Source: Tubulanus polymorphus (Eukaryota > Animalia > Nemertea). Taken from it: a stretch of DNA of 64,000 nucleotides. The stretch is taken from positions 26,532,345-26,596,344 of the forward strand of contig NC_134028.1 in NCBI RefSeq assembly GCF_964204645.1. The letters are read 5' to 3'. Position numbers and translations under genes: made by a program. The notes below the pieces were generated by a model. It saw nothing but the letters and a program-made list of their open reading frames with translations. It was not told the DNA's origin and did no database searches. Positions 38,182 through 49,550 of the stretch are shown here, piece after piece. How positions within the stretch are numbered: the first letter of the stretch is position 1; every line of letters starts with the position of its first letter.

Positions 38182-40245
38182 CTGCAAAACGATGATTTTG
38201 AAAGAGAATTTTCTTATGAACTCATTTTGGATTCAGTCCGCGGAAAGCCCCAAATACCACCTAACCTGAAACATACTATATTGTCACTATTGGAGAATTA
38301 GAAATTTTGATATTGATTGAGAGTATAATTTCTCGTAAATATTTAGGGTAGGACTTTTTATTTATAGGGCAGTTCATACATTTACTTCTCAATCCTTTAA
38401 AAAATTCTCTTCGTTGAAATTCTCATTAAACAGTCTTTTTTTTATTAATTGCTAGTTGGGTCGCTCTGGAAAACATCCTAAAGCCCAACGCACACGACTC
38501 AGGGAAACAACGTGTTCCCTGCATCGTGTGTCGTACAGCTCTTGTAAACATCTCGTTAAGGGCATATCCGGTAACTGGCAATACGCAGAAACCCACAGAA
38601 TCCCAAATCTTGTTTAAGCGACTGTAACAAGCGAAGCGTGAACGGGATATAAACCCGTGCGTGCTGTATATGGATACCGTACATCATAAGACTCTAATTG
38701 ATTTATTCCATAAACGGTTTATACGATTACCACCGAGTAATTATAAAATACACGATTCGGATTTTATCAGGGACCGGTTTTACAGAGCAGTGTCGCAGTA
38801 TACACACAGCGATGATTCAAACAACTCCGTAGTCGTCCGAACGAACTTCCACACCACCACCGCGCGTCCGTTACTAAGGGGTATAGGTTAGATAATAATG
38901 AATAATTCCGCCATCTCTGTAGGTCAAATACCGACTGCTGATTATTCTTTTTTTTTGGTTAAAAATATTCATGATTTTCCGTGAAAATTTCCTCACATAT
39001 AGACAAACATTTCGCTATTTACGGTATTTACGCATAAATCTAATAATGGCAATCTATGTATTTCGTGTGTGTTTTTTGTGTAATCAATGATGATTGGTCG
39101 TGAGCTAAAACAGGGGTGATGGATCTATAGGTCCGAATCTGATTGTGAATTTACTAATTCGGGATGGAGACTTGGCCCAAGCGTGTGTCGTAGGCGGGGA
39201 GCAAAAATGAACTGGTCCAGGGGACGAAAATCAAAACGCAGCTTCATGTTATCTGAGGGCTTTCAAAGTCAAAATCTCTTAGAAAATATCTCTTGACTTG
39301 ATGACTTGTTGGTGGGTTCGAACCCGACCCGCGTGGACGAATCTACCAGTTGTAAGGTAAAATATGTTAGCGCTATGAAGCGCTCGACGAAATGGACTTT
39401 TTCCAATCGATTCATCATCGTTGTATCGCACCAGCCGCAATATACATTGAAATATCGGCGTTTGATGAAGTTTCAATAATAAGCAGGATACGGCACGTTT
39501 TCTATACGTCGAATGCGTCGATGAAAACGATTGCCCAAAGGTTGCAATGATTTACGGTCTTGTTCTGCCAGGAATTCATCGCAGTTGCTGTTTTTCTACT
39601 GTCGCGCGCGAACAAATAAACGACGTTTGTAGAAACTGTGCGAATTTATCGAATCAGATCTACTTCTTCTTCGTCTAGTACGACGGGAACTCCTCGGGCA
39701 ATATTTCTAAAAGATCTTTCTCTCTCCATTCACTCTCTCTCTCTATCACTTTCTTCCCCTCTCTCCTCCCTTATACTAAATTAGATTTTCAATATGATGT
39801 AACCTAGAAATTTATTTGCTTGCGCGCGGAAATGTATCCCAATTTTGGCGTTTAGTCTCTCCATTATTATACGCTGCACCGACTATGCCGCGGACGAGGT
39901 TAACACTACAAACCTGAAGAATCTTATATTGATGTATAGGTTACCAGAACTCAACTCAGTAACTTTCTTCGTGAAACAGCCATAAAATCTAATTTGCGGT
40001 GCGGAAAATGTTCGGTTTTGTTTCTTGTAATTCGCGTCACTCGCGAGATTACACGGCAATCAAAATGTACCTAAACAGGCTTCGTGCCGGTGCAAACAGG
40101 GGATAGATAACAGCGCGGGTGAGCGGTGGATGATTCTCCAATCTCAAGGTTTCCCCTCACTCGAAGTGATAAAATCGTCACAGAAAATAACGTATATACA
40201 CCATAAAAACGTTTTCAAACTCGCTGCTTAAGTCGTCATATAGTA

Positions 40246-40516
40246 AGGGGCGGATTTAGGGGGTGGTCTCGTGGCCCCTGGCTTCTTTGAGGTTGCCCTT
40301 TTCGTCATGACAGAAATCGTTTAAACCTGTAGATTTGACGCTCGCTCGAAATTGTGCATATTTTCAGATGTATTTCTTCTCAAAATATATATACGACCGA
40401 GTATGGAACCCTGCATTCTATGGCATGGCTGGATCATTATCATTTGGAAAATAGAATGCCTTTTCTCTTCTTCAGGACACCGGCCTTTCAACTTTCCTAT
40501 ACGTAGGTCCGCCCCT
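40246..40516. mobile_element. MITE of the AGGGGCGGAT...ATCCGCCCCT type; similar copies or ends at ~26575-26843, ~1243, ~28362, ~52943-53120, ~55463
   Basis: Inverted ends AGGGGCGGATTTA / TAGGTCCGCCCCT; the motif recurs across the window. Confidence 0.55.
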
Positions 40517-42015
40517 GGTAGATAGGACAATCAATATATTAATGGTCCTAAAGAGTACTTAACACGTGTACACGATAGATTGAATTGGAAACACAATTTA
40601 TTGAGACTGAAAAATAGGGACGACTTCGGCAAGTGACGAATTATCATGACAACTTGAGCGAGTGTGACTTACGCGCTTATTCAGACTTATGAAAATGAAT
40701 ATAGGGTGATATTTTGGTATATAGGGTAAGAGCTATATATTTACCTTCTGGAAAATCATCATTACAAACCGCAATATATCCTATCGAATGGTTTAATGTG
40801 CGCAGAACATGAAACGTTACGCAATAAATCCAGAAATTGTATACGTTGTAGTTTAATTAACAATAACAACAGTAACAGCAGATCGATAGACGACGTACCA
40901 CGGATAAACTTAGAATTACAAATAAAAACACTAGGTTTGATAATCGATATTCCGAAAGCGCGTGATATCAACTTCCGACCAGTTTTAGTTGTTGCCCTTC
41001 GCCCGATTATAAATAAGTTTATAGTGATAACTGATCTGTCGGTCGAAAGCGGGAAGGCGCTCACTCTCAGCTTGGAGTAATCAGACTGAATTACTCCAAG
41101 CTCTCAGTGATCGACTGTGGTTAGGCTGTACGATACGCGGCTGCTGGTCGCTCTAGCGATCATCCCCTCGCGGCACGTGCTGCTAGTCAAACTCACCCGC
41201 GCCGTCAGGAGCACGCCTCAGTCGCCAGTTCATTTGTTTCATTCGTTTCCGCGACATATCGGAAATAAATATCCGTTAGGCTTTGGTGGAAAACGAACAA
41301 AATAAACTAAAACAATTGAATTGGTTGAGAATTGAAAATGTCTTCGTCCACGGCTCGGAGAGTTGGTATCGTAATTTCATAATCGCAATGTCACTTAGTT
41401 AAAGTAACCTAATCGTTGTTGAAGCTTTTATAATCGGATGGGCCGCAATACCAACTAGCTTTATACCGTGGTTGTGTAAATTATTCGATCGTGAAACTAA
41501 ACCATTGTAACTGTAATCATTCCCGACCGACCCTTCGATTCGGAGTGTATCTACTGTTAGAATTGTCAACATCGAAAGTGTTCGAATAAATCATTTAAAG
41601 GAAAAGGAAAGCGGATTTTTGAAGAATAGAGATTGTTGCCGTTCGGCGTCACCCAACCCTGTATACTTACCATGCATGTACACATGTAATCAACACCGAG
41701 CACGTATGAACGACCGTTGAGGTATAATTCTACGCAAATGAATGTTTTGAAAACTGGGTTATAATACCTGTTCCATGAGTAAATGCGGATTGGGAACAGA
41801 GCGCAAATGAATAAATACGCTGCATTAAAAATGTCATTAGTTCGGTCGTTTCCTTAGATGCAAAAATATGTTCAACTACATGTATTTCACAGATTACGCT
41901 AGATGGCGCACGCGTGTCGATATCGCCGATTTGCGAGCGCAGTGACGACAAAAAATATTTTCAACTATTTATTGCAGGTAACGCTAGATGGCGCACGCGT
42001 GTTGATATCGCGAGC

Positions 42016-42150
42016 GGCCTCAGTAGCTCAGAGATAAGGCGTGGTGCTGCTGCATCCAGCAGTGCCGAGTGGGTTCGTTCGAGTCCTGCTGGCTGCTTAC
42101 ACTGTGCGGGCAACACTTCAAAGCCGTCCCGTCATTAGGTACAAGCCAAA
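42016..42150 (+). mobile_element. tRNA-derived SINE-like head
   Basis: A-box-like TAGCTCAGAGATAAG and B-box GTTCGAGTCC at tRNA-like spacing, but no complete cloverleaf. Confidence 0.45.
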
Positions 42151-42678
42151 AAACATACTCCGCTCCAGTTCAATAAATTTTAAATGCAGTTACTGTAATT
42201 ACTATTTTCCCTCTGTATACGTGGATCATGAAATGGTTAGTGTGATTAATATTCGTACCCAGACTCCCACTCCTTACCTGTACGAACTATTTATATACCT
42301 TTAAATCTTTACTTGAATCACGAACCGCGTGGCATTGACGCAAGATACATGTACGCCGAGAGATCAATATTACAGTACATGTGCATGTAAATTCTATGCA
42401 GATCCACCACTGACTCAAATGTATCACCTACCAGATTCCAAGTGACACAAGACAATATCAAACACACTAGTTTTTTTTATGAGAAGAATGTATTTATTCT
42501 CATCATCATAATATTTCATGACGTTATAAAACATGCAATTAAATACTAGCGTATATCAATTATCTGTCGGATAATTTCGATGTCCATGAAATGGAATTCA
42601 TAATTCAAACATTTTGTTCTCAGACTTTACTACAGAATATAGCGTTAAAGAAGATGATGACATGAATGATTATTCGGT

Positions 42679-45600
42679 TTAGAGTTGTCCACAGTCCTCG
42701 ATTACAACCTTCTTGGAAGTTTTACCGCTATCACTTCCAACTGATTCTACCTTCTTCACTACATCCATACCCTCGGTAACGCTTCCAAACACAACGTGTT
42801 TTCCATCCAGCCTGTCGAAATAGAATAAGAAACATTCAAGAGACCAGACACGCTCAATTAAAACTAGGGGTCCAGGGACACCATGCCCACTTGGAAAGTG
42901 GTTTCAAATGCTAAAAAATCTAACGATTTCAATATTCAATGCCCCCTGGTGACCATATACAAAAACCAATGACCTTGAAACTCACCACAATCATAGACGA
43001 TGTCATGAGCTACAACTTTGCAATTGACTGTGGTAACAAAATATGCGTAGGTACAAATATAATATAGAAATACTCAGTTGTTGTATTATTCAATGCCCCC
43101 TGGTGGCCATATACAAAAAGCAATGACCTTGAAACTCACCAAAATCATAGAAAACGTTATGGGCTACAACTTTCCAATACAATGTGGAAACACAATATGC
43201 TTAGGTATCAATATGTGGAAAAACTTTCCCACCTACAAATGAGTACTGATGACGCTAAGATGGCTGCCAATTGTGCCATAATTGGCTGATCAAAAATACC
43301 TGTCTCAGGTATAAAACATCCCTTTCCAAAGAATACCCATCACAAATTGCAATGAGAAATGACAAACCAGTAGGAAGCTACAGGACTCAGAATTTGGACC
43401 AAAATTTACATTTTTGGCCATTAAAAAGGTCATATGACGGCCATCTTGAGTCCGATCGACCCAATTTTTCTATGCTGATGGGCCCTTGGGGAGATACAAA
43501 TATATACAAACAAACAATGTAATTGATAAAACCGTCTTCAAAATTTCCCTCGAAAATTTCAAAAATGTGTAAAAAGTGCTGATTTTGGGGAACAACAATG
43601 GCTGCATGTCAACCATCTTGAATCTGACAGGGCCAGTTTTTGGGCTGAAGATGTGTCTAGGGTAGATACATGTATAAACCAAATATCAAGACATTACATT
43701 GAAGCGTCTTCAACACTTCCCAAGATAACTGGATTCCGTCTACGGACGGACGAAAAGTGAACGCAATAGCCCGCTGGGACTAAAGTCCCAAGTGGGTTAA
43801 AATATAGGACGGTGAAAAGTTTCCATTAACTTACCACGTCGTTTTTGCAGTACACAGGAAAAACTGTGAACCGTTTGTGTTCGGCCCAGCATTAGCCATA
43901 GACAAAATACCTGTCAAAATATAAACATCTCGTATTAAGTAGAATATATTCACACTGAGGATACTTATTAGATGAATGAATTTCTATTATCAAAAAAGAT
44001 ATGTATGATTAACCAAGGTTGACTGAGACTACCACACAATGAATTCGCAGGGTTCTTAAGTTCGAAACAACGAAATCAGAAAGGTCGCGTGGATTAAACC
44101 GGTCTACCATGACAGGCTTAAATTTCTGTCGAGGGAGAAAGCACGCCCGCAACCACTCAAATTTGTCAAGCGCTTTCTTTAACAACAGGGGTGAAAACTC
44201 TAGACGATCGTGTTTGAATGCATAAATACAGCGGGTTGATAGCCGATCAGAGCATGTTAAAATTGATTGCAGGGTCCGATCTAAGCACTTGTCCGATTGC
44301 CCGGGACAAGTATATTATCATAAGGGCAAGTAGGTTATCATTATCACTTGTCCCCCGGGCTAGTGCAATTCTATGTCTCAAAGCTTTTTCCCACTCGATA
44401 CAACGGATGATAGTGCCACCAACCGGACTGACTGCGTAGGACAAGTAGCTTTTGGAGGGGGCAAGAGATATTTCAGATATGCTTCCCCCCCCCTTGGGGA
44501 AGTGGCGATCGGGCCCTGTAGCCCTATCACCACAATGTTGTTCAGAAGCTGTAAACACTTACCTGGTCCAGTATGCTTCAGAGTGAAGTTCTCATCAGCG
44601 AACTTCTCACCGTAAATGCTTTTACCACCGGTACCATTGTGTCGGGTGAAGTCGCCTCCTTGACACATGAAACCTGGAATAACGCGATGGAAACTGGATC
44701 CCTTGAATCCGAAACCTTTCTCGCTGGTGCACAGCGCTCGGAAATTTTCAGCTGTTTTCGGGACTACATCAGCACGCAACTGAAAACAATAGATATGAAA
44801 TTTAATTCAATGAGTCTATGGAAAATTGATCTCTGAAGACTTTGATAATTTGTAATCGTGCAAGTATTTGTCTTAAGTCTATGTAACAAGTTTTTCTTTA
44901 ATCTGTTTTTACCATTGTATTATCATTCAGGTATTTGTAGTAAGTGTACATTAAACCTTAGTGTTTTTGTTTTTTTTCTCTACCCAAATTTATCTATTAC
45001 TAATTAATTATCAATTTATCTGTTAACCTATCAATCATACTTTATTTTTATACTCAGTATGCCTCAATCCGTAAGGATCTTAAATACAATAGTCATTTTG
45101 AATTGAATTAATAAACCAATCCGGACACAGCACCTTTTAGGTTCCCTTCTAATGCAATGTCGTAGTAGCTAGGAAAGGTTGGTCATCGTTTATCTAACCC
45201 TAACCCTCAATGCTAGTACAAATACAAATAGTCAGCCCCCCCCATATACCACCCACGTCGATGCAGAACGATTTTGGTGGTATATCGGGGATGTTTTATT
45301 TTTGTATTTGTATTGAGATGCACCTGGCGGTAAGTAATGGGTGGCGGTAAATCAGGGGTTGATTGTACTTATAATTCTCCAAGAGATATTAGAATGGCGG
45401 TCTTTCTTGTCGATTTAAAGCTCAATTTTCGAGTATATTCATCAATCCTCGGTACAAAATGGATGTAAAAACAATGATTTATCCGGACTGCACAACTCTA
45501 CTGATTCGATTAAGACCTATTTGAGGTATGCACACCCAAAATTTAGCGAAATATCCCAAAAAGATCGTGGACAAAAGTAAATAGACTTAAGTGCAGCGTC

Positions 45601-46259
45601 TTCCCTAGATCACCGAGCTGAAAACCAACCAAATGTTTTAACAGTTAAAACATTCGGTTTCGGGTAAGGTTTAAATAGTTAAACTAGATATAGTACCTTA
45701 CCTTACCCTAGGGGTCAAACGGACACTAACCTTAACCCTAACTCTCTGCTCTGGATGCTTTAGACCCTAAACCCATCGGAACCCTAACCATAAAGCCAGT
45801 AAAATGATTTTATTGATACTTTATCAAATTAATGCTATATATATATTATGTACAGTAAAGAAGTAAACACTTTGCCGAATACGGTTTAATATCCATTTCC
45901 GCTTCGTTTTAATTCCACTTCCGTTGTTTTTCCTTTTCATCCAGTTATATAATTCAGCAAATATAATTCATTAAAATAATTCTAACATATATAATTATCT
46001 TTTTTGTCATACGAAGGGAAAATAGATTAACAAAAATATAGACTCCTGATGATATAGTATGCTTAGTACACATACATGCACGCGTCTAACCACATCGTTT
46101 TTTTAACGCCCAACCAACCAACCAACCATTTATCAACCCAGGATAGAGAATTCATGAACCAACTAAGGCAAAGCCATTAAATTTACTCACTTCCATTATA
46201 ACTCGTCCGGCTGGAGTACCACCGATACTGATATCAAAGAAAACGTTTGGCTTGGCCAT
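42679..46259 (-). CDS. PPIA: Peptidyl-prolyl cis-trans isomerase, cyclophilin A type
   Basis: Exons 46191-46259 ([10 protein letters not shown]), 44563-44779 ([29 protein letters not shown]), 43835-43910 ([16 protein letters not shown]), 42679-42811 ([14 protein letters not shown]). Confidence 0.96.
42871..43802 (+). mobile_element. Helentron/HINE-like non-autonomous element in PPIA intron 3
   Basis: AACTAG start, two ~155-bp internal direct repeats (..ATTCAATGCCCCCTGGTG.CCATATACAAAAA.CAATGACCTTGAAACTCACC..), short (GACG)n microsatellite, terminal stem-loop TAGCCCGCTGGGACT-AA-AGTCCCAAGTGGGTTA followed by an A-run. Confidence 0.6.
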
Positions 46260-47392
46260 CGTTGAGCAGTAGCGTCGAATGAAGCGAAGTGAATTAATTT
46301 TCGTAAACGTGAACCCGACGATAAAACCGGCGGCAAGGATCAGGTAAAATGGCGGCGAGAGGAAGTGATTCGGCGTGACACCGGGTTTATATACCCGTCA
46401 CACTATACCGTGTATCTATCCGCCGCACGACTCCGTCGCACAATCCATCCGTTTACTTTCGCATATATTACATATTTATTCTGGTCTTCTGAGTTTTTTC
46501 CTCATATTGACTTCTAGATATTTGCTTAAAGTTTCGACGGATCGAACATCTTGCACTATATCTACTCTGCGCATTCACACACGGTGGCGCCTAACGCACT
46601 ACGGTCTACCGTAAACCGTCTAAATTGTTTTCCAATCGAAATTTATTATACTCTAAAAAGTAGGCGAATTATGATAAACGATCTGTATTAAGCGGTTTCG
46701 ATATTTAATGATAAATCTTAAAAAGAAGCGCCGTTATGCGGCGTCAGAGGAAATTTCATCATATCTGGTCTGGTTCGTATTTTAGATGAGTCAAGCCTCA
46801 CGCGCCAGGGGTAAACTTTTCACTCGAGGTTTACATAAAACGCCGGTTACGGCCACCGGTGCGGTGCAGCCGGCGGCGATGGTATCCGGTTCGCCGGATC
46901 AGTGAAAGATTCAAATAACTGCCTAGATTCTCGAAAAATTGATGAAATTTAGGATTTCCCTTTTGGGCAAGGGAATCATTTTTAGAAAATAGGATTTTTA
47001 CAACTCTCGCGGGCACACGCAGGCCGTAGTCAACCAAGTTCACTGGGGGCTCGGCAACGTTACACGCCACCGGGCCTGGGAACAATAAAGAACACGATAT
47101 TCGAGTGAAACAAAACGCACCGGTGACCCACACCCTATAAAAGCAGTACACAACTCGCTGAAAACCTGTATTACAATGAAATGAACCGCATTCAAATACG
47201 CGTTGTGAATCCTGTCATTTAATGTGATATGGTATTTTCTTTACCGCGCTGATATAAAGACCGTGTTCTACTTAGAATTATGTGACCTGCTATTGACGAC
47301 CATTCGTCGCTGTTTGTTCTCGTGGCCCGTACGCGCGGTCGTCAGTGACAAATCTCGAATATTCTGAGAGGTCGTTTATAAGAAACACGAAA

Positions 47393-48742
47393 ATGAAAAC
47401 TACAAAAGAACTCGACGATGAAAATGTCAATCGTTGCGGTTACTTCAGGAATTCGAATTTTCTAATGGTTTTGTCAGGATTCACCGTTGTTTTCGTCAAC
47501 TCTCTCCAGTCACAAGTCCTACCTCCGATATTACCGTACATTATCAGCAGTTTCAGTGATCGATGTAGTACCAACGATAGTATGAAATGCGTTAAAGATC
47601 TATCAGTGGCTGATAAAGAGAGAGTAGCGTGGACTATCAGTATCGATGCTGCGCTGGCCATACCGGTCGCTATTTTTGGTGGATACATTCTCGAGAAACT
47701 GACGCGTAAATGGACGTTGTTTTCCTGTTTGTTTTTGGGATCTATCTTTATTGTTTCGGCCGCATTTTGTCGACATTATCAACTATTTGTGGTTGTGTGT
47801 GCTCTCAGCGGGGTGATGTTTGAATTAGCTTATTTAACCGCACTAGCGGTCGTTTCAAGCCAAACCGACGACATGAATTACAGGGCTAAAGTTCTGGCGA
47901 TCGTCATGGTGGCGAAGAATATCGGTTACGTTCTCGGGCCATCGATGGCATCGTTTCTTTACGTGAATTTCGGCAAAGAAGCTCCGTTTATAATGATCGC
48001 ATTATTAGCGATGTGTTCGATACCTTGCGGTATGCTTTCAACTCGTTACGGAGGGCGGCGAAATGACGTCAGAAGCGATGAACTCGATCCGACGACAACT
48101 CAACAGTATAAACTAGCTTTCACCGATGGATATATAATTGTTTTATTGTTGGTGTTATGCGTGAATAATTGCGTCAACTACAGTCAATCAGTCGTCGAAC
48201 CTCAACACCTCGAAGAAGACCTTGGCGTTAGTTTGAAAGAGATGGGTTATTTCGCTCTTATAGGTGTCTGGTGGCAAACAGCGGCGACAGTTCTGGCGTC
48301 TTTAGATTCGCCTATAATTCCAGCCCGCTGGTCGATCCTAATGGCCGGAATGGTCACTACGAGTATTAGTTTTTATATCTACAGCGTTTGCAATTCAATG
48401 TGGGATTGTGTGGGGGCGGAGGTACTTTTTAGAGTAGGTATGGGACTTATCAATTTTGTGCTACCGGCTTTGTTAACTATGCTGGCTCACCACAGACACG
48501 GTGGACGCACCGACGTGTTGTTCTCTTTATATGCTACATTCGAAGCGCTTGGTGAATTTATCGGTCCTTTCCTATCGGCGCTAGCTATTGGAGAAGAGCG
48601 CTTGCCTACGATTCTACTATATACGGGAATGACCGAATTAGCGTTTGCCGTTTTGTCCCTCGTGTTTCGTAAACCTGAAAGTGAGAGCGAAAAGAGTACC
48701 AGTTCCCAAAAAGGGGAAGAATTCGAACTGCTCTCGAACTAG
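47393..48742 (+). CDS. Intronless MFS transporter, divergent SLC18 (VMAT/VAChT/SLC18B1)-like
   Basis: About 449 aa from the ATG at 47393, about 12 hydrophobic segments; PILP after TM1 and R..VLAIV..IGYVLGP.MASFLY..FGKEAPF match the SLC18 TM5-TM6 pattern; C-terminal EEFELL dileucine-type motif. Confidence 0.8.
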   Translation: MKTTKELDDENVNRCGYFRNSNFLMVLSGFTVVFVNSLQSQVLPPILPYIISSFSDRCSTNDSMKCVKDLSVADKERVAWTISIDAALAIPVAIFGGYILEKLTRKWTLFSCLFLGSIFIVSAAFCRHYQLFVVVCALSGVMFELAYLTALAVVSSQTDDMNYRAKVLAIVMVAKNIGYVLGPSMASFLYVNFGKEAPFIMIALLAMCSIPCGMLSTRYGGRRNDVRSDELDPTTTQQYKLAFTDGYIIVLLLVLCVNNCVNYSQSVVEPQHLEEDLGVSLKEMGYFALIGVWWQTAATVLASLDSPIIPARWSILMAGMVTTSISFYIYSVCNSMWDCVGAEVLFRVGMGLINFVLPALLTMLAHHRHGGRTDVLFSLYATFEALGEFIGPFLSALAIGEERLPTILLYTGMTELAFAVLSLVFRKPESESEKSTSSQKGEEFELLSN

Positions 48743-49550
48743 TTTTCATAGAAATCTTTTTATTCGGAATCTGAATTATTATATGAATCTAATCAAAAAT
48801 TCAGAAAGTCTAGTCTTAATAAATTTGTTTGATCTTCCATAACGTCAACAATTCTACTATGAGCGTTTCTCATAGATTGATAACGAATATTGAATAATCC
48901 GATTACGTTTCAAGGTAGAATCATTATTACCTTCGTCGGAGATTTGATTGAGGTGACCAGTTAGTTAGTCTTCGTGTCTCGTACCTTTTATATGAACTAT
49001 AAAGACTATGAATGCTCTGAACTGGTTTTACGGTTTCTTAGTCCGACCTATTCACTGCCAAGCCACATATCGAGCGGCACTAATTGACGTATATTATAAA
49101 ACAGTATTACTAAAAAGAATGTATTGGTAACAAAAGTGACATTTATTTCCTATACCACAAATCTTATTACAATATCATGATAATGTTTAATCCATTATAG
49201 TTGTTGTCAATAGTCAAAGACAGAGAAATGTTTCAGTTCAAGCAGAAAAACGAACGAATCAAGAAGATCATATGGTTAATAAGTAATGAACGGAAAGGCG
49301 TATATTATATCTATACAATATATAACGTGATTTAAAATCCTGCAGATGTCCACTGATTCACATGTTATGTATATAGCAACTCGAAATTTATAGTAAACCT
49401 TGCTTTGCCACAGAACGGATTGAAATTATAGATGTCTCGTCTCGTCTCGCGTCAATAAAAAGCGGTACGGATTTTGACCTAAAATGTTCTCTTCGCATAA
49501 TATTATTGTTTGAAGTCATTATGTAGCAGCATCGTGGCTGTTTCTTTACT

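Noticed and set aside
45195-45790. Telomere-like (CCCTAA) pieces
   Set aside because: Only two or three degenerate units at a time; typical of repeat remnants, not an interstitial telomere.
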